Positions 28,990 to 39,193 are shown, counted from the first letter of the stretch. The stretch: 64,000 bases of DNA from an uncultured Lachnospiraceae bacterium (GCA_946628415.1 CAMOWK010000011.1:9927-73926), one strand, 5' to 3'. Made by a program: numbers and translations. Notes: a model not told the origin generated them from the letters alone.

Positions 28990-30177
28990 TTAATTATCGC
29001 TCTTTGTTTGCGGAAGTATGATCTCATCTATTATAAATTTAGCTGTTTTATCTATCTCATCGTATGAAACAGTTTTGGGTAGTTCCACTCCAAATGCATT
29101 CTTTACCTTTTCGAGCAGAGCATCTGTATATATAAGTTTTCCATCGCGAACGTCTTCAACACCATCAAGTGCCATCGACGCCCTGTCAGCCTCATTCATT
29201 TCTTCAAAACTGAATACGGAATCATCAATCCATGCACCAAGCTTTCCGTCTCTATAACCGACAATAACAGGATAACCACCGATATTACCGTCAAAGCCCG
29301 GAATGAAAACCCTCTGCTGCTCACCTGTTCTTACAGCATCTATCACCGACATAATAATCCTGAAATTTGATGATGCATTCATCATATTTCTTGTCTGGTC
29401 AACAGGCATAGGTATATGACATGCAGCGTAAATTCTGTCATGAGGGATATCCTTTTCTTCACCTTTATAATAAACTTTAAGCGGAAGACTTACTCCCTCA
29501 GTCTGTCCTTCCTTGCTTATACATACATCATGAAAATGTCCTGCGGCAAACATGATATCAACATTCCAGTAATCATCAACGCCCAGAATATCTGCCACGG
29601 CAAACCTCATACGCGGAACAAGATGATTAAGATTACCCGACCCAAAATCAGGATATGCTTTGCCTGCGCTCTTAAGCCACGGAATTACAGCATCCGAGTA
29701 CGAAGTATTAATAACAATCGCATCTGTATCCGCCTTATCACATGCTTCCATCACATTCTTCGTAAAACGGATTGCAAGAGGACTCCATATTCCGTAAGCC
29801 CTTATATTTGCCCAGCTTATACTTCCGTATTTAAGACCCGGGTAAGCCCTGCTGGAATTAACGATAAAATCAGGTCTGTACTTTTCAATTGCATCCTTTA
29901 CGGCATCAATATCATTTAAATCAACGCCTCCACATACTTCAATGTGAGACTTATTCCTTTCCCTTATAAGGCCTGCTACCCGTGCAATATTCACCTTTGT
30001 CGTAAGCTTATCCGCATTTCTTCCGACAACGATAACACTTATAGCCGGATCGTTCTCGCTTATAAGATAATCCAGAAGATACGAGCCTACACTGCCGAGG
30101 CCTATAATCATTACTTTTATATCATTTTCTTTAATATGCTGTTCAACTGTTTCAAGTCTTTCTGCTAATGTTTTCAT
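28990..30177 (-). CDS. Uncharacterised NAD(P)-binding oxidoreductase, possibly LDH/MDH-like fold
   Basis: N-terminal Rossmann motif VMIIGLGSVG; INTSYSD, GSGNL, GHFH; C-terminal PGFDGNIGGYPV. Overlaps its neighbour by 4 nt. Confidence 0.6.
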   Translation of the reverse strand: MKTLAERLETVEQHIKENDIKVMIIGLGSVGSYLLDYLISENDPAISVIVVGRNADKLTTKVNIARVAGLIRERNKSHIEVCGGVDLNDIDAVKDAIEKYRPDFIVNSSRAYPGLKYGSISWANIRAYGIWSPLAIRFTKNVMEACDKADTDAIVINTSYSDAVIPWLKSAGKAYPDFGSGNLNHLVPRMRFAVADILGVDDYWNVDIMFAAGHFHDVCISKEGQTEGVSLPLKVYYKGEEKDIPHDRIYAACHIPMPVDQTRNMMNASSNFRIIMSVIDAVRTGEQQRVFIPGFDGNIGGYPVIVGYRDGKLGAWIDDSVFSFEEMNEADRASMALDGVEDVRDGKLIYTDALLEKVKNAFGVELPKTVSYDEIDKTAKFIIDEIILPQTKSDN

Positions 30178-30929
30178 TTTTCCTCCCAGTAAGAAACTAT
30201 CTTTCTGTAATCTTCTCTTGTATTACAATTGGTCCATCTGCCAAGTCCGACCAGTTCTATATCAGTAACAGAGTCGATGTAATCCTGTATGATCTTTAAA
30301 TTAGTATCTCCCTTTGCTTCGGCAAAAAACTTTTCATTTGCCAGTTTCAGTTTGTCTATATCTTTAAATTTCCATGTCTGCCCGGAATTAAAAATGCATG
30401 AAAAAGCTTTTTCAATCATAAGCATGCCATGGGAGCTGTTAAATGCATAGCAAAACTTTTCTCTATCATCCTTATAAAGCACTACCGCTTTATTTGCATA
30501 AATGGGTTCATAATTATATGTGAGTACATTTTTATCCGAGTCCAAAATCCTGCCAAATGACTCGTCATCTATATCCAGATCCCCTTCCACAAAAAGGATC
30601 TCATCCGGATTCTTAAGAAATGCCTCTTTTAGTCCGAGATAAAGACTGTAGCCTGAAGCAAGATCACTGAATCGGTCATTATAGACAAGCTGTACTTTTT
30701 CCCTTAAATCACTTTCAAGCCCGTCCATATAAGCCCTTAAATCATCAAATTTATAACCGCCCACAACTACTATCTGATCTGCATAAGAACACTTTTTCAA
30801 CATCTGATAAATAAGTGTACTTTTTTCATCAGTTTCGGTGTATATGGCTTTCAGTTTTTTTTCTTCCTCCGGAATATCTTTATTAAACCTGCTTGATATT
30901 CCGGCAACAGTAATAATAGCAATTTTCAT
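30174..30929 (-). CDS. LicC/PntC-like NTP transferase (cytidylyltransferase)
   Basis: IAIITVAGISSRFN (variant of the ILAAG.GTR glycine loop), VVGGYKF, LFVEGDL, NCNT.EDY. Confidence 0.75.
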   Translation of the reverse strand: MKIAIITVAGISSRFNKDIPEEEKKLKAIYTETDEKSTLIYQMLKKCSYADQIVVVGGYKFDDLRAYMDGLESDLREKVQLVYNDRFSDLASGYSLYLGLKEAFLKNPDEILFVEGDLDIDDESFGRILDSDKNVLTYNYEPIYANKAVVLYKDDREKFCYAFNSSHGMLMIEKAFSCIFNSGQTWKFKDIDKLKLANEKFFAEAKGDTNLKIIQDYIDSVTDIELVGLGRWTNCNTREDYRKIVSYWEEK

Positions 30930-30952
30930 ATTGAAATACTCTTTGTAATATT

Positions 30953-31960
30953 TTAATTATTCTTTTTAAGGTAATTGGTTATACACTCATCAAGTCCTAT
31001 ATCGAGTGTAACCGCCGGTTTCCATGCGGTTCTTGTCCTTATCTTTTCTGTAGAAAGAAGTCTCCTCTCCGGATCCGACTCTCTGTAACCGCTGAATTCT
31101 ATAACAGGATTATCTATCCCCATTTTTGCGGCACATTTTTTAGCAAGATCTATTATCGATATTTCTTCATCTGTAGCCACATTGTAAACAGTTCCGTCAA
31201 GAGCTGAGTCAGTCCCGGCAAGCGCCAGCACAGCACTGCAGCTGTCATAATTATTCAGGAAAGTCCTTCTGTTTTTTCTGCTGTTTTCAAGAAGAACAAC
31301 TTTTCCATTATCACGGAAGCTGTTAATAATAAACGGTATGATATGTTTCGGGTAACGTTCGTCTTTTGAATATACATTGGCAAAACGGATTGAACACCCT
31401 TTTATTTTTCCTTCGTCAACCGCATCCTTGATAAAGAACTCGGTAAGAAGCTTTCCTGTTGCATAGCTGGTTCTCTGACTGTGTTCAGCAACAGACATTG
31501 TAAGATAATCACTTTCCTTAACACCACCGTTTTCATTCCATGAATTCATGGAATAAACTTCTGATGTTGAGCAGTTGATATACTTTCCGGCACCGACTCT
31601 TATAGCCTGCTGAAGGAAATTATTCATACCTTCCACATTTGTTTCAAATGTCTCATAAACATGATAGAAATGCTCGGTATGAACTACTGCCGCACAGTTG
31701 ATATATATAACTTCGTCATAATCATTTTTAATACTGTTAACGCGGTTCTCAAAATCCTGCATTTCCTCTTTATTATTAAGGTCATATTCAAAGAATTCAA
31801 ATCTTTCGTCATTAATATGATCTGAAACAGTGTCTATGGAAGAAGCATAGAAATTATCAAAACCAAGTATATGATCAGTACTGCCATCTGTAAGTATCTG
31901 TCTAACAAGTTCATTTCCCGTCATTCCCGTGACACCACTTATTGCATAAAGTTTACTCAA
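30953..31960 (-). CDS. Extended SDR, NAD-dependent epimerase/dehydratase (UDP-GlcA decarboxylase-like)
   Basis: ISGVTGMTG, STSEVYS, RTSYATGKL (YxxxK), IRFANVY, GTVYNVA. Confidence 0.85.
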   Translation of the reverse strand: MSKLYAISGVTGMTGNELVRQILTDGSTDHILGFDNFYASSIDTVSDHINDERFEFFEYDLNNKEEMQDFENRVNSIKNDYDEVIYINCAAVVHTEHFYHVYETFETNVEGMNNFLQQAIRVGAGKYINCSTSEVYSMNSWNENGGVKESDYLTMSVAEHSQRTSYATGKLLTEFFIKDAVDEGKIKGCSIRFANVYSKDERYPKHIIPFIINSFRDNGKVVLLENSRKNRRTFLNNYDSCSAVLALAGTDSALDGTVYNVATDEEISIIDLAKKCAAKMGIDNPVIEFSGYRESDPERRLLSTEKIRTRTAWKPAVTLDIGLDECITNYLKKNN

Positions 31961-31972
31961 GTTTTTATCCTC

Positions 31973-32719
31973 CTATATTCCGTTTGTCAGTCTTATCTTA
32001 TAAAATTCATCTATTGAATCAGGAAAAAGTGACTGTTCAAATTCTATATTATACGAAACCGCCCTGAGCTCCACTCTTTTTGACGGAAGCGTAAGTACCG
32101 CATACTGCGCATATGGATTTTGATTTCTCGGCTGTCCCACAGAACCCGGGTTTATAAACATAACCGCTTTCTTATTTCTCATATCCGGATTATCCACATT
32201 ATAAAACTTGGTAAAGCAGTGCGAATAATGTGAATGGCCGCTAAGGACGATATCATAATCCTGATAATCTCCTCTTAGATTTTCAGGAAGTATGGCTTTC
32301 CAGTAATTATCCTCCAAAGAGCCATGAACAGCAAGTATTCTGTTTCCTAAAAGGCTTATCTCATCTATACCTTTTTTATTCATCTTTTCGCGTATATACT
32401 TTACGGAAGCACTGCTAAGATTCCTTGCCGTATACTCTGCCATAACCCGTCCCCTGTCAGATGAAAGTCTTTCCAGATCCTTATCAACTACAAGCTTCTC
32501 ATGGTTTCCCCATATGTTAATAAGAATTCTATTCTTCCATTTACCATTTTCAAGGTGAGTCAGCTTCTCTATTATTTCACTTGATCTCATACCGTAATCT
32601 ATACAGTCACCTAAGATCATTATACCCGAAAAATCCTCATCCCTGCAGTCATCCATCACAGCATCAAATGCGCTGACATTTCCATGTATGTCTGAGAGGA
32701 TTAAATACTTTTCTTCCAC
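31973..32719 (-). CDS. Calcineurin-like metallophosphoesterase
   Basis: ILSDIHGN, LGDCIDYG, WGNHE, VHGS, SGHSH, NPGSVGQPR all intact; GTG start with AAAGGA RBS. Confidence 0.9.
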   Translation of the reverse strand: MEEKYLILSDIHGNVSAFDAVMDDCRDEDFSGIMILGDCIDYGMRSSEIIEKLTHLENGKWKNRILINIWGNHEKLVVDKDLERLSSDRGRVMAEYTARNLSSASVKYIREKMNKKGIDEISLLGNRILAVHGSLEDNYWKAILPENLRGDYQDYDIVLSGHSHYSHCFTKFYNVDNPDMRNKKAVMFINPGSVGQPRNQNPYAQYAVLTLPSKRVELRAVSYNIEFEQSLFPDSIDEFYKIRLTNGI

Positions 32720-32755
32720 TTCATATCCTTTCAAAAACACTTTTTCTATCAGTTT

Positions 32756-34054
32756 TTATATTTCATCTATGAGTGTTATGATTTCTTTTATCGGCATAAG
32801 CCTGTCATCAACCTCTTTAGCCCTGTGATACTTCAGAATATCTTCTGCAGTCTTCTGCATGGCAGGAAATGCTGAACGTGTCAACTGATTTGCATAGATA
32901 ACGATATTTACTCCGTGACTTGCGAGTTCAGACTCGGTAATGGAATTGAATGATGATGGTACAACTACTATAGGAGTAGTCTTATCCTCCGCTCTAAACT
33001 TATCGCAAAACTCGATAATCTCTGCCGGGTCTTTCTTTCTGCTGTGAATCATAATGCCATCGGCACCTGCCGAAACAAAAGCCCTTGCCCGACTAAGGGC
33101 ATCTTCCATTCCACGTTCAAGAATCAGGCTTTCAATCCTTGCTATTATCATAAAGTCATCAGTCAGCTGAGCCTTTTTACCTGCAGCTATCTTAGCACTG
33201 AAATTCTCTATACTGTCCTGTGTCTGCTCAACCTCAGTTCCAAAGAGACTGTTCTTCTTAAGCCCTGTCTTATCTTCGATAATCACAGCGGAAACACCCA
33301 GTCTTTCAAGTGTACGTACTGTATATACGAAATGTTCCGTAAGTCCGCCCGTATCTCCATCAAAGATAATCGGCTTTGTTGTTACTTCGGTAATATCTTC
33401 GATAGTACGGAATCTTGACGTCATATCAACCAGTTCAATGTCCGGTTTACCTTTAGCGGTAGAATCACATAAACTTGATATCCACATCGCATCGAACTGA
33501 TCGAGTTTTCCGTTTTCACCTTCAACTACAGTCTTCTCAACTATAAGTCCCGTCAGTCCGGAATGAGCTTCCATCACTTTTACGACAGGCGTCATTTCAA
33601 TCAGCTGTCTAAGTCTCTTTCGTCTGTACTCAGGCATTGAAAGCTTTTCCTTCAGCTGAAGGTCAATCTTCCTTACACTTTCATTATAGGTGTATGGAAT
33701 ATCTATAATCTGTCCGCCGTAAGAATTAAGAAGCTTTTCAACGTGTGAACGTATAGATGCTTCGGCTCCGGTCTTCCAGTTATCACCATGTATAATATAA
33801 TCAGGATGAAGCAATTCTATAACATCATTATAAAGCATATCATCCTGAAGAATAACGTCATCCACACCGTCGATTCCCCGGTACAGATTCATCCTTTCTT
33901 CTTCAGTAGTAGTGGGAAATTTGGTACAGCGCATCATTTCCCTGTCACTGAGACATCCAACAATCACCCTGCCATATTCCTTTGCATGATTTATGATATT
34001 AAGATGTCCCTCATGTATAACATCAGTACTGAAACATGTATAAACTGTTTTCAT
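32756..34054 (-). CDS. aepX: Phosphoenolpyruvate mutase with N-terminal cytidylyltransferase domain
   Basis: TDVIHEGH (HxGH) domain; PepM signature EDKTGLKKNS; DGDTGG, MIHSR, IYANQL.RSA. Confidence 0.96.
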   Translation of the reverse strand: MKTVYTCFSTDVIHEGHLNIINHAKEYGRVIVGCLSDREMMRCTKFPTTTEEERMNLYRGIDGVDDVILQDDMLYNDVIELLHPDYIIHGDNWKTGAEASIRSHVEKLLNSYGGQIIDIPYTYNESVRKIDLQLKEKLSMPEYRRKRLRQLIEMTPVVKVMEAHSGLTGLIVEKTVVEGENGKLDQFDAMWISSLCDSTAKGKPDIELVDMTSRFRTIEDITEVTTKPIIFDGDTGGLTEHFVYTVRTLERLGVSAVIIEDKTGLKKNSLFGTEVEQTQDSIENFSAKIAAGKKAQLTDDFMIIARIESLILERGMEDALSRARAFVSAGADGIMIHSRKKDPAEIIEFCDKFRAEDKTTPIVVVPSSFNSITESELASHGVNIVIYANQLTRSAFPAMQKTAEDILKYHRAKEVDDRLMPIKEIITLIDEI

Positions 34055-34099
34055 ATCAGTTCCTCTCAAATAGTCTGTTTATAGTTTTATAGTCACTGA

Positions 34100-35590
34100 T
34101 CAATCATTTTTCTTACGTTTAATCTTATTAACCAGCTGACCTGTTATCTCAATCACAAGTTTCTCCTTTATAAGAAGCATATAGACCAGATACGCACCAA
34201 AGAAAAGCGTTCCGGATATAGCCATTTTTATAAATGAATCAAGCTCTGTATTCGTACTAAAGCTGAAAAACTTAAATGAAATGCAAAGTCCTGTACCAAG
34301 AAGTGTCGCAATTACTACATGAATCCATTTCACATCGCAGAAAAGCTTCGCCTTTAAATCCCTGGTAATATAAAACTGATAAATAAGCACGCTTATTTCA
34401 GCTATCAGTGTTCCAAAAGCAGCGCCTGCCGCCCCAAACTTAGGTATGAAAAGTGCATTGAGCACAAGGTCGATTACTGCTCCTATGATTTCAGAATAAA
34501 GAACTTCCTTTTCTCTGTCCAGTGGCACAAGCATCTGAATTCCCGTTACATTTGTAATTCCGATAAGAAGCACCGTCGGCATGATTATCATCATCGCAGG
34601 AGCAGCCGCTTTATAATCATTACCCGAAAGAAACAGTATCCCTTCTTTTGCATATAAGATAAAGTACACAGAAATCGGAACTGCAATCAGTATTATAAAA
34701 TGCATCGTCTTTCTGAGTATTCTGTAAAACTCATCCATCATCCCTTTGTCTACATAAAGGGATGCCCTCGGAAGCAACACGGTACTTACCGATGTGACGA
34801 TAGAAAGAAGTATATTCTTAAGCTTTACGGCTGCACCGTACAGTCCGACCTCTCCATCATCTTTGATGAAACCGATCATGACTTTGTCCAGATTCGTATA
34901 AATAACAGTTGCTACAGACATTGCAAAAAATGTAAAAATCATCTTAAGATGCTGCCTGAAGTTATAACCGCCTATCGGTCTCAGATATACGAATTTCCGA
35001 AGATTTATAAAATTCAGTACATTGGAAGCTGAACTTGCAAAAATACTTATCGCACCATAAAGTACGACATCTTCTCTCTTTTTAACAAACAGCAGCATTG
35101 CAGCAACTGCGATCACCTTGAATATAAGAGACCTTACTGTTATATACTGATACTTTTCAAGTCCCCTGTATAACCATTCTACACCTATAGCCCCAAGAAA
35201 TATGGTCGCTCCCATTATAATAAAAAGGGTAAGATCCCTTCTCAGTCTTGGTATCATGACTATGGCAAACCCATATACAACGTAGACTATAAGGCATGTA
35301 ACCATGTTAATTGTCAGAAGTTCATGGGTAAGTCTGGTAAGCTTTTCTTTATCATCCCTCACTTTTCCCGCGGCTTTTATGCCATACATGGGAATTCCCA
35401 GCTGTGCAAACATAGAAAAGTAAGTAACTATGGATGCGACAAACTCAACTTTTCCGGTTCCTTCTTTAAAGATAACTCTGGATATATACGGAAAAGTAAT
35501 AAAAGGAAAAATGAACTGCGACATTGTAAGTATCGCACTCATTATCATATTCTTTTTGACTGATGTTTTCTTAATATCGCTATCATTCAT
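34100..35590 (-). CDS. Wzx flippase
   Basis: FPFITFPYISRV, QLGIPMYG, VGLYGAAVK, LIPKFGAAGAAFGTLIAE; about 12-14 TM. Start trimmed to ATG 35590. Confidence 0.9.
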   Translation of the reverse strand: MNDSDIKKTSVKKNMIMSAILTMSQFIFPFITFPYISRVIFKEGTGKVEFVASIVTYFSMFAQLGIPMYGIKAAGKVRDDKEKLTRLTHELLTINMVTCLIVYVVYGFAIVMIPRLRRDLTLFIIMGATIFLGAIGVEWLYRGLEKYQYITVRSLIFKVIAVAAMLLFVKKREDVVLYGAISIFASSASNVLNFINLRKFVYLRPIGGYNFRQHLKMIFTFFAMSVATVIYTNLDKVMIGFIKDDGEVGLYGAAVKLKNILLSIVTSVSTVLLPRASLYVDKGMMDEFYRILRKTMHFIILIAVPISVYFILYAKEGILFLSGNDYKAAAPAMMIIMPTVLLIGITNVTGIQMLVPLDREKEVLYSEIIGAVIDLVLNALFIPKFGAAGAAFGTLIAEISVLIYQFYITRDLKAKLFCDVKWIHVVIATLLGTGLCISFKFFSFSTNTELDSFIKMAISGTLFFGAYLVYMLLIKEKLVIEITGQLVNKIKRKKND

Positions 35591-35606
35591 AATAAGAGTT
35601 TTTAGT

Positions 35607-36416
35607 TTACTCCTCTTCTGACTCTTCCACAGGCATATATACTGACTGCCCGTTTGACATATATATATTATAGCCACAGGTATTTTTATATATTTCAAAT
35701 CCATATTGGAAAAGTGTTACATCATCTACAGGATGTTCCTCTGCGGCAACTATAAAATTAAACCCACCGTCAACAGCCGCTTTAAGCACGATATCATAAT
35801 CCGGCTCTTCAGCTTCCAGAGCCTTACTTACGGAGCTCCTCTGATAATCCGTATAAACTATATATCCCTCTATATCCCTGCCATACATTGTTTCGATATT
35901 GGCATTATAAGCTCTCATATGCCATGTCATATTGTGAGGACAAATGCATCGCGGAGACTCGTCAGCCGAAAGCATTGTGTCAGCAACACTAACCGCCGTT
36001 TCCGAAAGTCCGTACTGATTGGTTCTTTTACCGAACTCTTCACCGGCAAAGATATCTGCCCCCAAAAATACTATGACCGCTGTAACAAATGCCATCATAA
36101 AAAGCTTATTTCTTAATCTGTTCTGACTATTCACAAGTTTTGAAATGGCAAGCGCAATGATAATTATATCCGGAATGAGCCAGAATATTCTCCAGTACGA
36201 CTTAAACGAATCTTTGAGGACATAGTAAACTACGGGGTTCAGGACCACAAAAATCATCAGAAGCACCGGGTATATAAGCTTTTTTCTAAGTTCTTTTTCA
36301 GAAACAAAAAGATAAAGTCCCGCTATAACGGCAAATGCAAGTATTGCCTCATCCTCATAATAAATATTCAGTTTTCCAAGCACCTCTGTGAAGAGGTTCT
36401 TCGCAACCGTAATCAT
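35607..36416 (-). CDS. Hypothetical membrane protein (partner of the DUF6077-like protein)
   Basis: Four N-terminal TM helices (LNPVVY, YWRIFWLIP) followed by a soluble C-terminal domain. Confidence 0.65.
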   Translation of the reverse strand: MITVAKNLFTEVLGKLNIYYEDEAILAFAVIAGLYLFVSEKELRKKLIYPVLLMIFVVLNPVVYYVLKDSFKSYWRIFWLIPDIIIIALAISKLVNSQNRLRNKLFMMAFVTAVIVFLGADIFAGEEFGKRTNQYGLSETAVSVADTMLSADESPRCICPHNMTWHMRAYNANIETMYGRDIEGYIVYTDYQRSSVSKALEAEEPDYDIVLKAAVDGGFNFIVAAEEHPVDDVTLFQYGFEIYKNTCGYNIYMSNGQSVYMPVEESEEE

Positions 36417-36441
36417 ATGTTATTCCAATTCATCAAAAAAT

Positions 36442-37614
36442 CTAAGAAATATACTTTGATATAGTAAGCACCTCTGAAAGTATGAATAACAGCACATTCG
36501 GAAGGACTGTCAGCACTGTCCAGAGAAGTATCTTCCAATTCTTCTTGAGTATAGCATATATAATCCCGAAGCAAGCTGTAAGAACCGCTGATAAAACAAG
36601 CCCGTTTCCCGACATAAGCGAGAGTGACATGTTGGCAAAAAGCAGGAGAAGCCACTTTATACCCATTTCTTTTTTATCCAAATCATATAACAGTATAAAA
36701 ATGAGTATCATAAGCGGCAGACCGAACGAGGCAACCATCGCCTTACCCTGCCATAGTCTGTATGCCTTCATGGCTACCATTGATGTCCTTGAAGACGCTC
36801 CGAATATATATAATACAAACATAAATGTAACGAATACCGACGTCTTACTTATATCACCGTTAAAAATCAGTTTACCCATATCAAACATAAGCAAAGCTAT
36901 GATAAGAGTATAAATGACCGGCATAACTGTATGTGCCAGAACTGTCGGATGAATAAAACTTATACATGCAAGATATGCAATATAGCCATACCACGGTGAA
37001 ATGAGATCCTTCTTGAAATCTCCGTAAAACTCTGTGATGGGACCGCCTGTTGTGGGATCTGTTGCGAGCAGTTTACCGTTTTTCAGTGTATCCACAGCAT
37101 TAACAATGTATCTTGAATCGTCCTCATCAAAATGAACTTTGGTTATGGTCTTAACAATGTAATAGATTACAACAGCCAGACATATAACAAGAAGAAGAGC
37201 CTCCTCTTTGTGATTGTAAAGTAATCTGCCAACTGCTCCGTTCTTGCTTTTAGTTTTCTTGCCCTTCTCTTTATCGCCGGAACCTGTGCATTTCTTTTTT
37301 ATTATATACATCCTCTCGATTCCGTATATCAAAAAGAAAAGCGATGTACCCAGTGTAATCCAGAGAACAGCATAAAAAGAGCCTTTAAACCATGTTATGG
37401 GAATGGCTGCTATAAGGAATACAGACATACTGAGGAGCATGCCCGCAAAGATTCTAAGTCCATGCCTTATACTGAATTCAAGTTTGTCAAAAACCATTTT
37501 CCTCTCTGCTTTTTCAATTCCAAGCATATGAAGAAGCCCGAATCCCGAAAAGTACGGGACAACGAGCAGATTCATAACAATTAATATTGAATTAAGCACA
37601 TTAATCTTATACAT
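36442..37614 (-). CDS. Multi-TM DUF6077-like protein, candidate GT-C glycosyltransferase
   Basis: Acidic first-loop motif HFDEDDSRY, IHPTVLAHTVMP, RLWQGKAM; about 10 TM. Family recalled, not searched. Confidence 0.6.
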   Translation of the reverse strand: MYKINVLNSILIVMNLLVVPYFSGFGLLHMLGIEKAERKMVFDKLEFSIRHGLRIFAGMLLSMSVFLIAAIPITWFKGSFYAVLWITLGTSLFFLIYGIERMYIIKKKCTGSGDKEKGKKTKSKNGAVGRLLYNHKEEALLLVICLAVVIYYIVKTITKVHFDEDDSRYIVNAVDTLKNGKLLATDPTTGGPITEFYGDFKKDLISPWYGYIAYLACISFIHPTVLAHTVMPVIYTLIIALLMFDMGKLIFNGDISKTSVFVTFMFVLYIFGASSRTSMVAMKAYRLWQGKAMVASFGLPLMILIFILLYDLDKKEMGIKWLLLLFANMSLSLMSGNGLVLSAVLTACFGIIYAILKKNWKILLWTVLTVLPNVLLFILSEVLTISKYIS

Positions 37615-37653
37615 GTAATCTAGTCACGCAACAGTATATAAGCAGTCTTCCTT

Positions 37654-39048
37654 TTATTTAGAGCCTTTAGCTTTTAATACTGCCTTAAAAGTTTTAATTA
37701 TAATTTTTATATCAAGACCCAGAGTGAAATTCTTGATATATTCATTATCAAGTCTTACAACCTCTTCGAAATCTGTGATATCTGACCTTCCTGAAACCTG
37801 CCACATACCTGTAAGCCCCGGCTTCATGGCAAGTCGGCTTAAGTGATGCCTGTGATACTGTTCAAACTCATCAACAGTAGGCGGTCTTGTTCCGACCAGA
37901 CTCATATCACCCTTAAGAATGTTTAGGAACTGTGGGAACTCATCTATACTTGTCTTTCTGATAAAGTTACCTGCAGGAAAGATACGCGGGTCATTTTCCA
38001 TCTTGAACATAAGACCCTGCATCTCGTTGTGAGCCATAAGCTCCTTCTTACGTTCTTCGGCATCAATATACATGGATCTGAACTTATACATCTTGAACTT
38101 ACGTCCATTCTTTCCGACACGAACCTGTGAAAAGAACACAGGACCGGGTGCCTGAATTTTGATAACAGGCGCAAGTATAAGCGTAAACAGCCCTGTAAAT
38201 ACAAGACCTATTATGCTGACCACTATATCAAATGCCCTTTTAATTATCATCTGACCTATGGTGATTCTGTTAATGCTTGTCGTTATCATGGAATATTTGC
38301 CAACGTTGGAAAGCGTGGCATTTGGAAGTTCGTCAACAAAGACATTAAGTGTGAGATGCACATTTACACCCATGGATATAAATGTATTGGTAAGCTCACT
38401 TACCTCTTCTCTCTTTGCTCTTATATAGACATCATCCACTACATTTTTCTTAAAATACTCGAGTATATCTTCCCTGTAGATTATATCCATATCCCTTTTC
38501 TGGTCATTCGGATCTCTGTCTCTGTCAAGAAGCACAGCTCCTTCAATACGGAAAAATCCCTTGCCGGAAGATTTTACTGCCTCAATCAGACTGTCAAGAT
38601 GCTTCCTGTATGTAACGATAAGAGCTTTTGTTCTGTTCTCATCATAAGTGTATTTCTTTCTGAGATATGCCTTAAGCGCCACATGCCCCAGAAGCATTAT
38701 CACGTTATCAATAACGTAAAATACAACAACGACAATACGCGAATACACTTCTGTTGTCTTAAATACGAAAAGGTACGCAAAAATAAGGGCCATAATTATA
38801 GTATTAACCTCAAGTACAGCCCTGATCTCTTTATATACATTTCTTCTTATGATTCCGCTGTGATATGGCTTCATAAGAATTATAACAAGATATGCAGCCA
38901 CTATAAGGGTGCTGAGTGTTACATACTCGTTGTCATGAAGTATATCCGACTTCTGCATTCTTATAATGTATGCAAACCAAAACGAAATGACTAGACTAAG
39001 AATGTCAAGTATTATAAAATCCAGATGCTTAGCTCTGTTTGTCTGCAT
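37654..39048 (-). CDS. Priming sugar transferase (CpsE/WcaJ family polyprenyl-phosphate phosphoglycosyltransferase)
   Basis: KRAFDI, GPVFFSQVRVGKNG..FKMYKFRSM, TSIDEFPQFLNILKGDMSLVGTRP, KPGLTGMWQVSGRS. Confidence 0.93.
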   Translation of the reverse strand: MQTNRAKHLDFIILDILSLVISFWFAYIIRMQKSDILHDNEYVTLSTLIVAAYLVIILMKPYHSGIIRRNVYKEIRAVLEVNTIIMALIFAYLFVFKTTEVYSRIVVVVFYVIDNVIMLLGHVALKAYLRKKYTYDENRTKALIVTYRKHLDSLIEAVKSSGKGFFRIEGAVLLDRDRDPNDQKRDMDIIYREDILEYFKKNVVDDVYIRAKREEVSELTNTFISMGVNVHLTLNVFVDELPNATLSNVGKYSMITTSINRITIGQMIIKRAFDIVVSIIGLVFTGLFTLILAPVIKIQAPGPVFFSQVRVGKNGRKFKMYKFRSMYIDAEERKKELMAHNEMQGLMFKMENDPRIFPAGNFIRKTSIDEFPQFLNILKGDMSLVGTRPPTVDEFEQYHRHHLSRLAMKPGLTGMWQVSGRSDITDFEEVVRLDNEYIKNFTLGLDIKIIIKTFKAVLKAKGSK

Positions 39049-39193
39049 TATATATCCTCCGGTAAGAAGGGCATATAAACCCAACTGTAATTTTTTACAT
39101 AATTATGAATATTATAACACAATCCATTCTATTATGCGATTATGTTTTAACGTAAACAGAATAATACTGTTTCCGTTTATATTCTTATAATTA

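Noticed and set aside
34100-35704. Longer starts given by the ORF track (also gatB, NlpC/P60, GtrA, sufC, tcdA, TrmH and others)
   Set aside because: The extensions overlap upstream genes or lack an RBS; downstream starts with Shine-Dalgarno sequences or tight gene coupling were used instead
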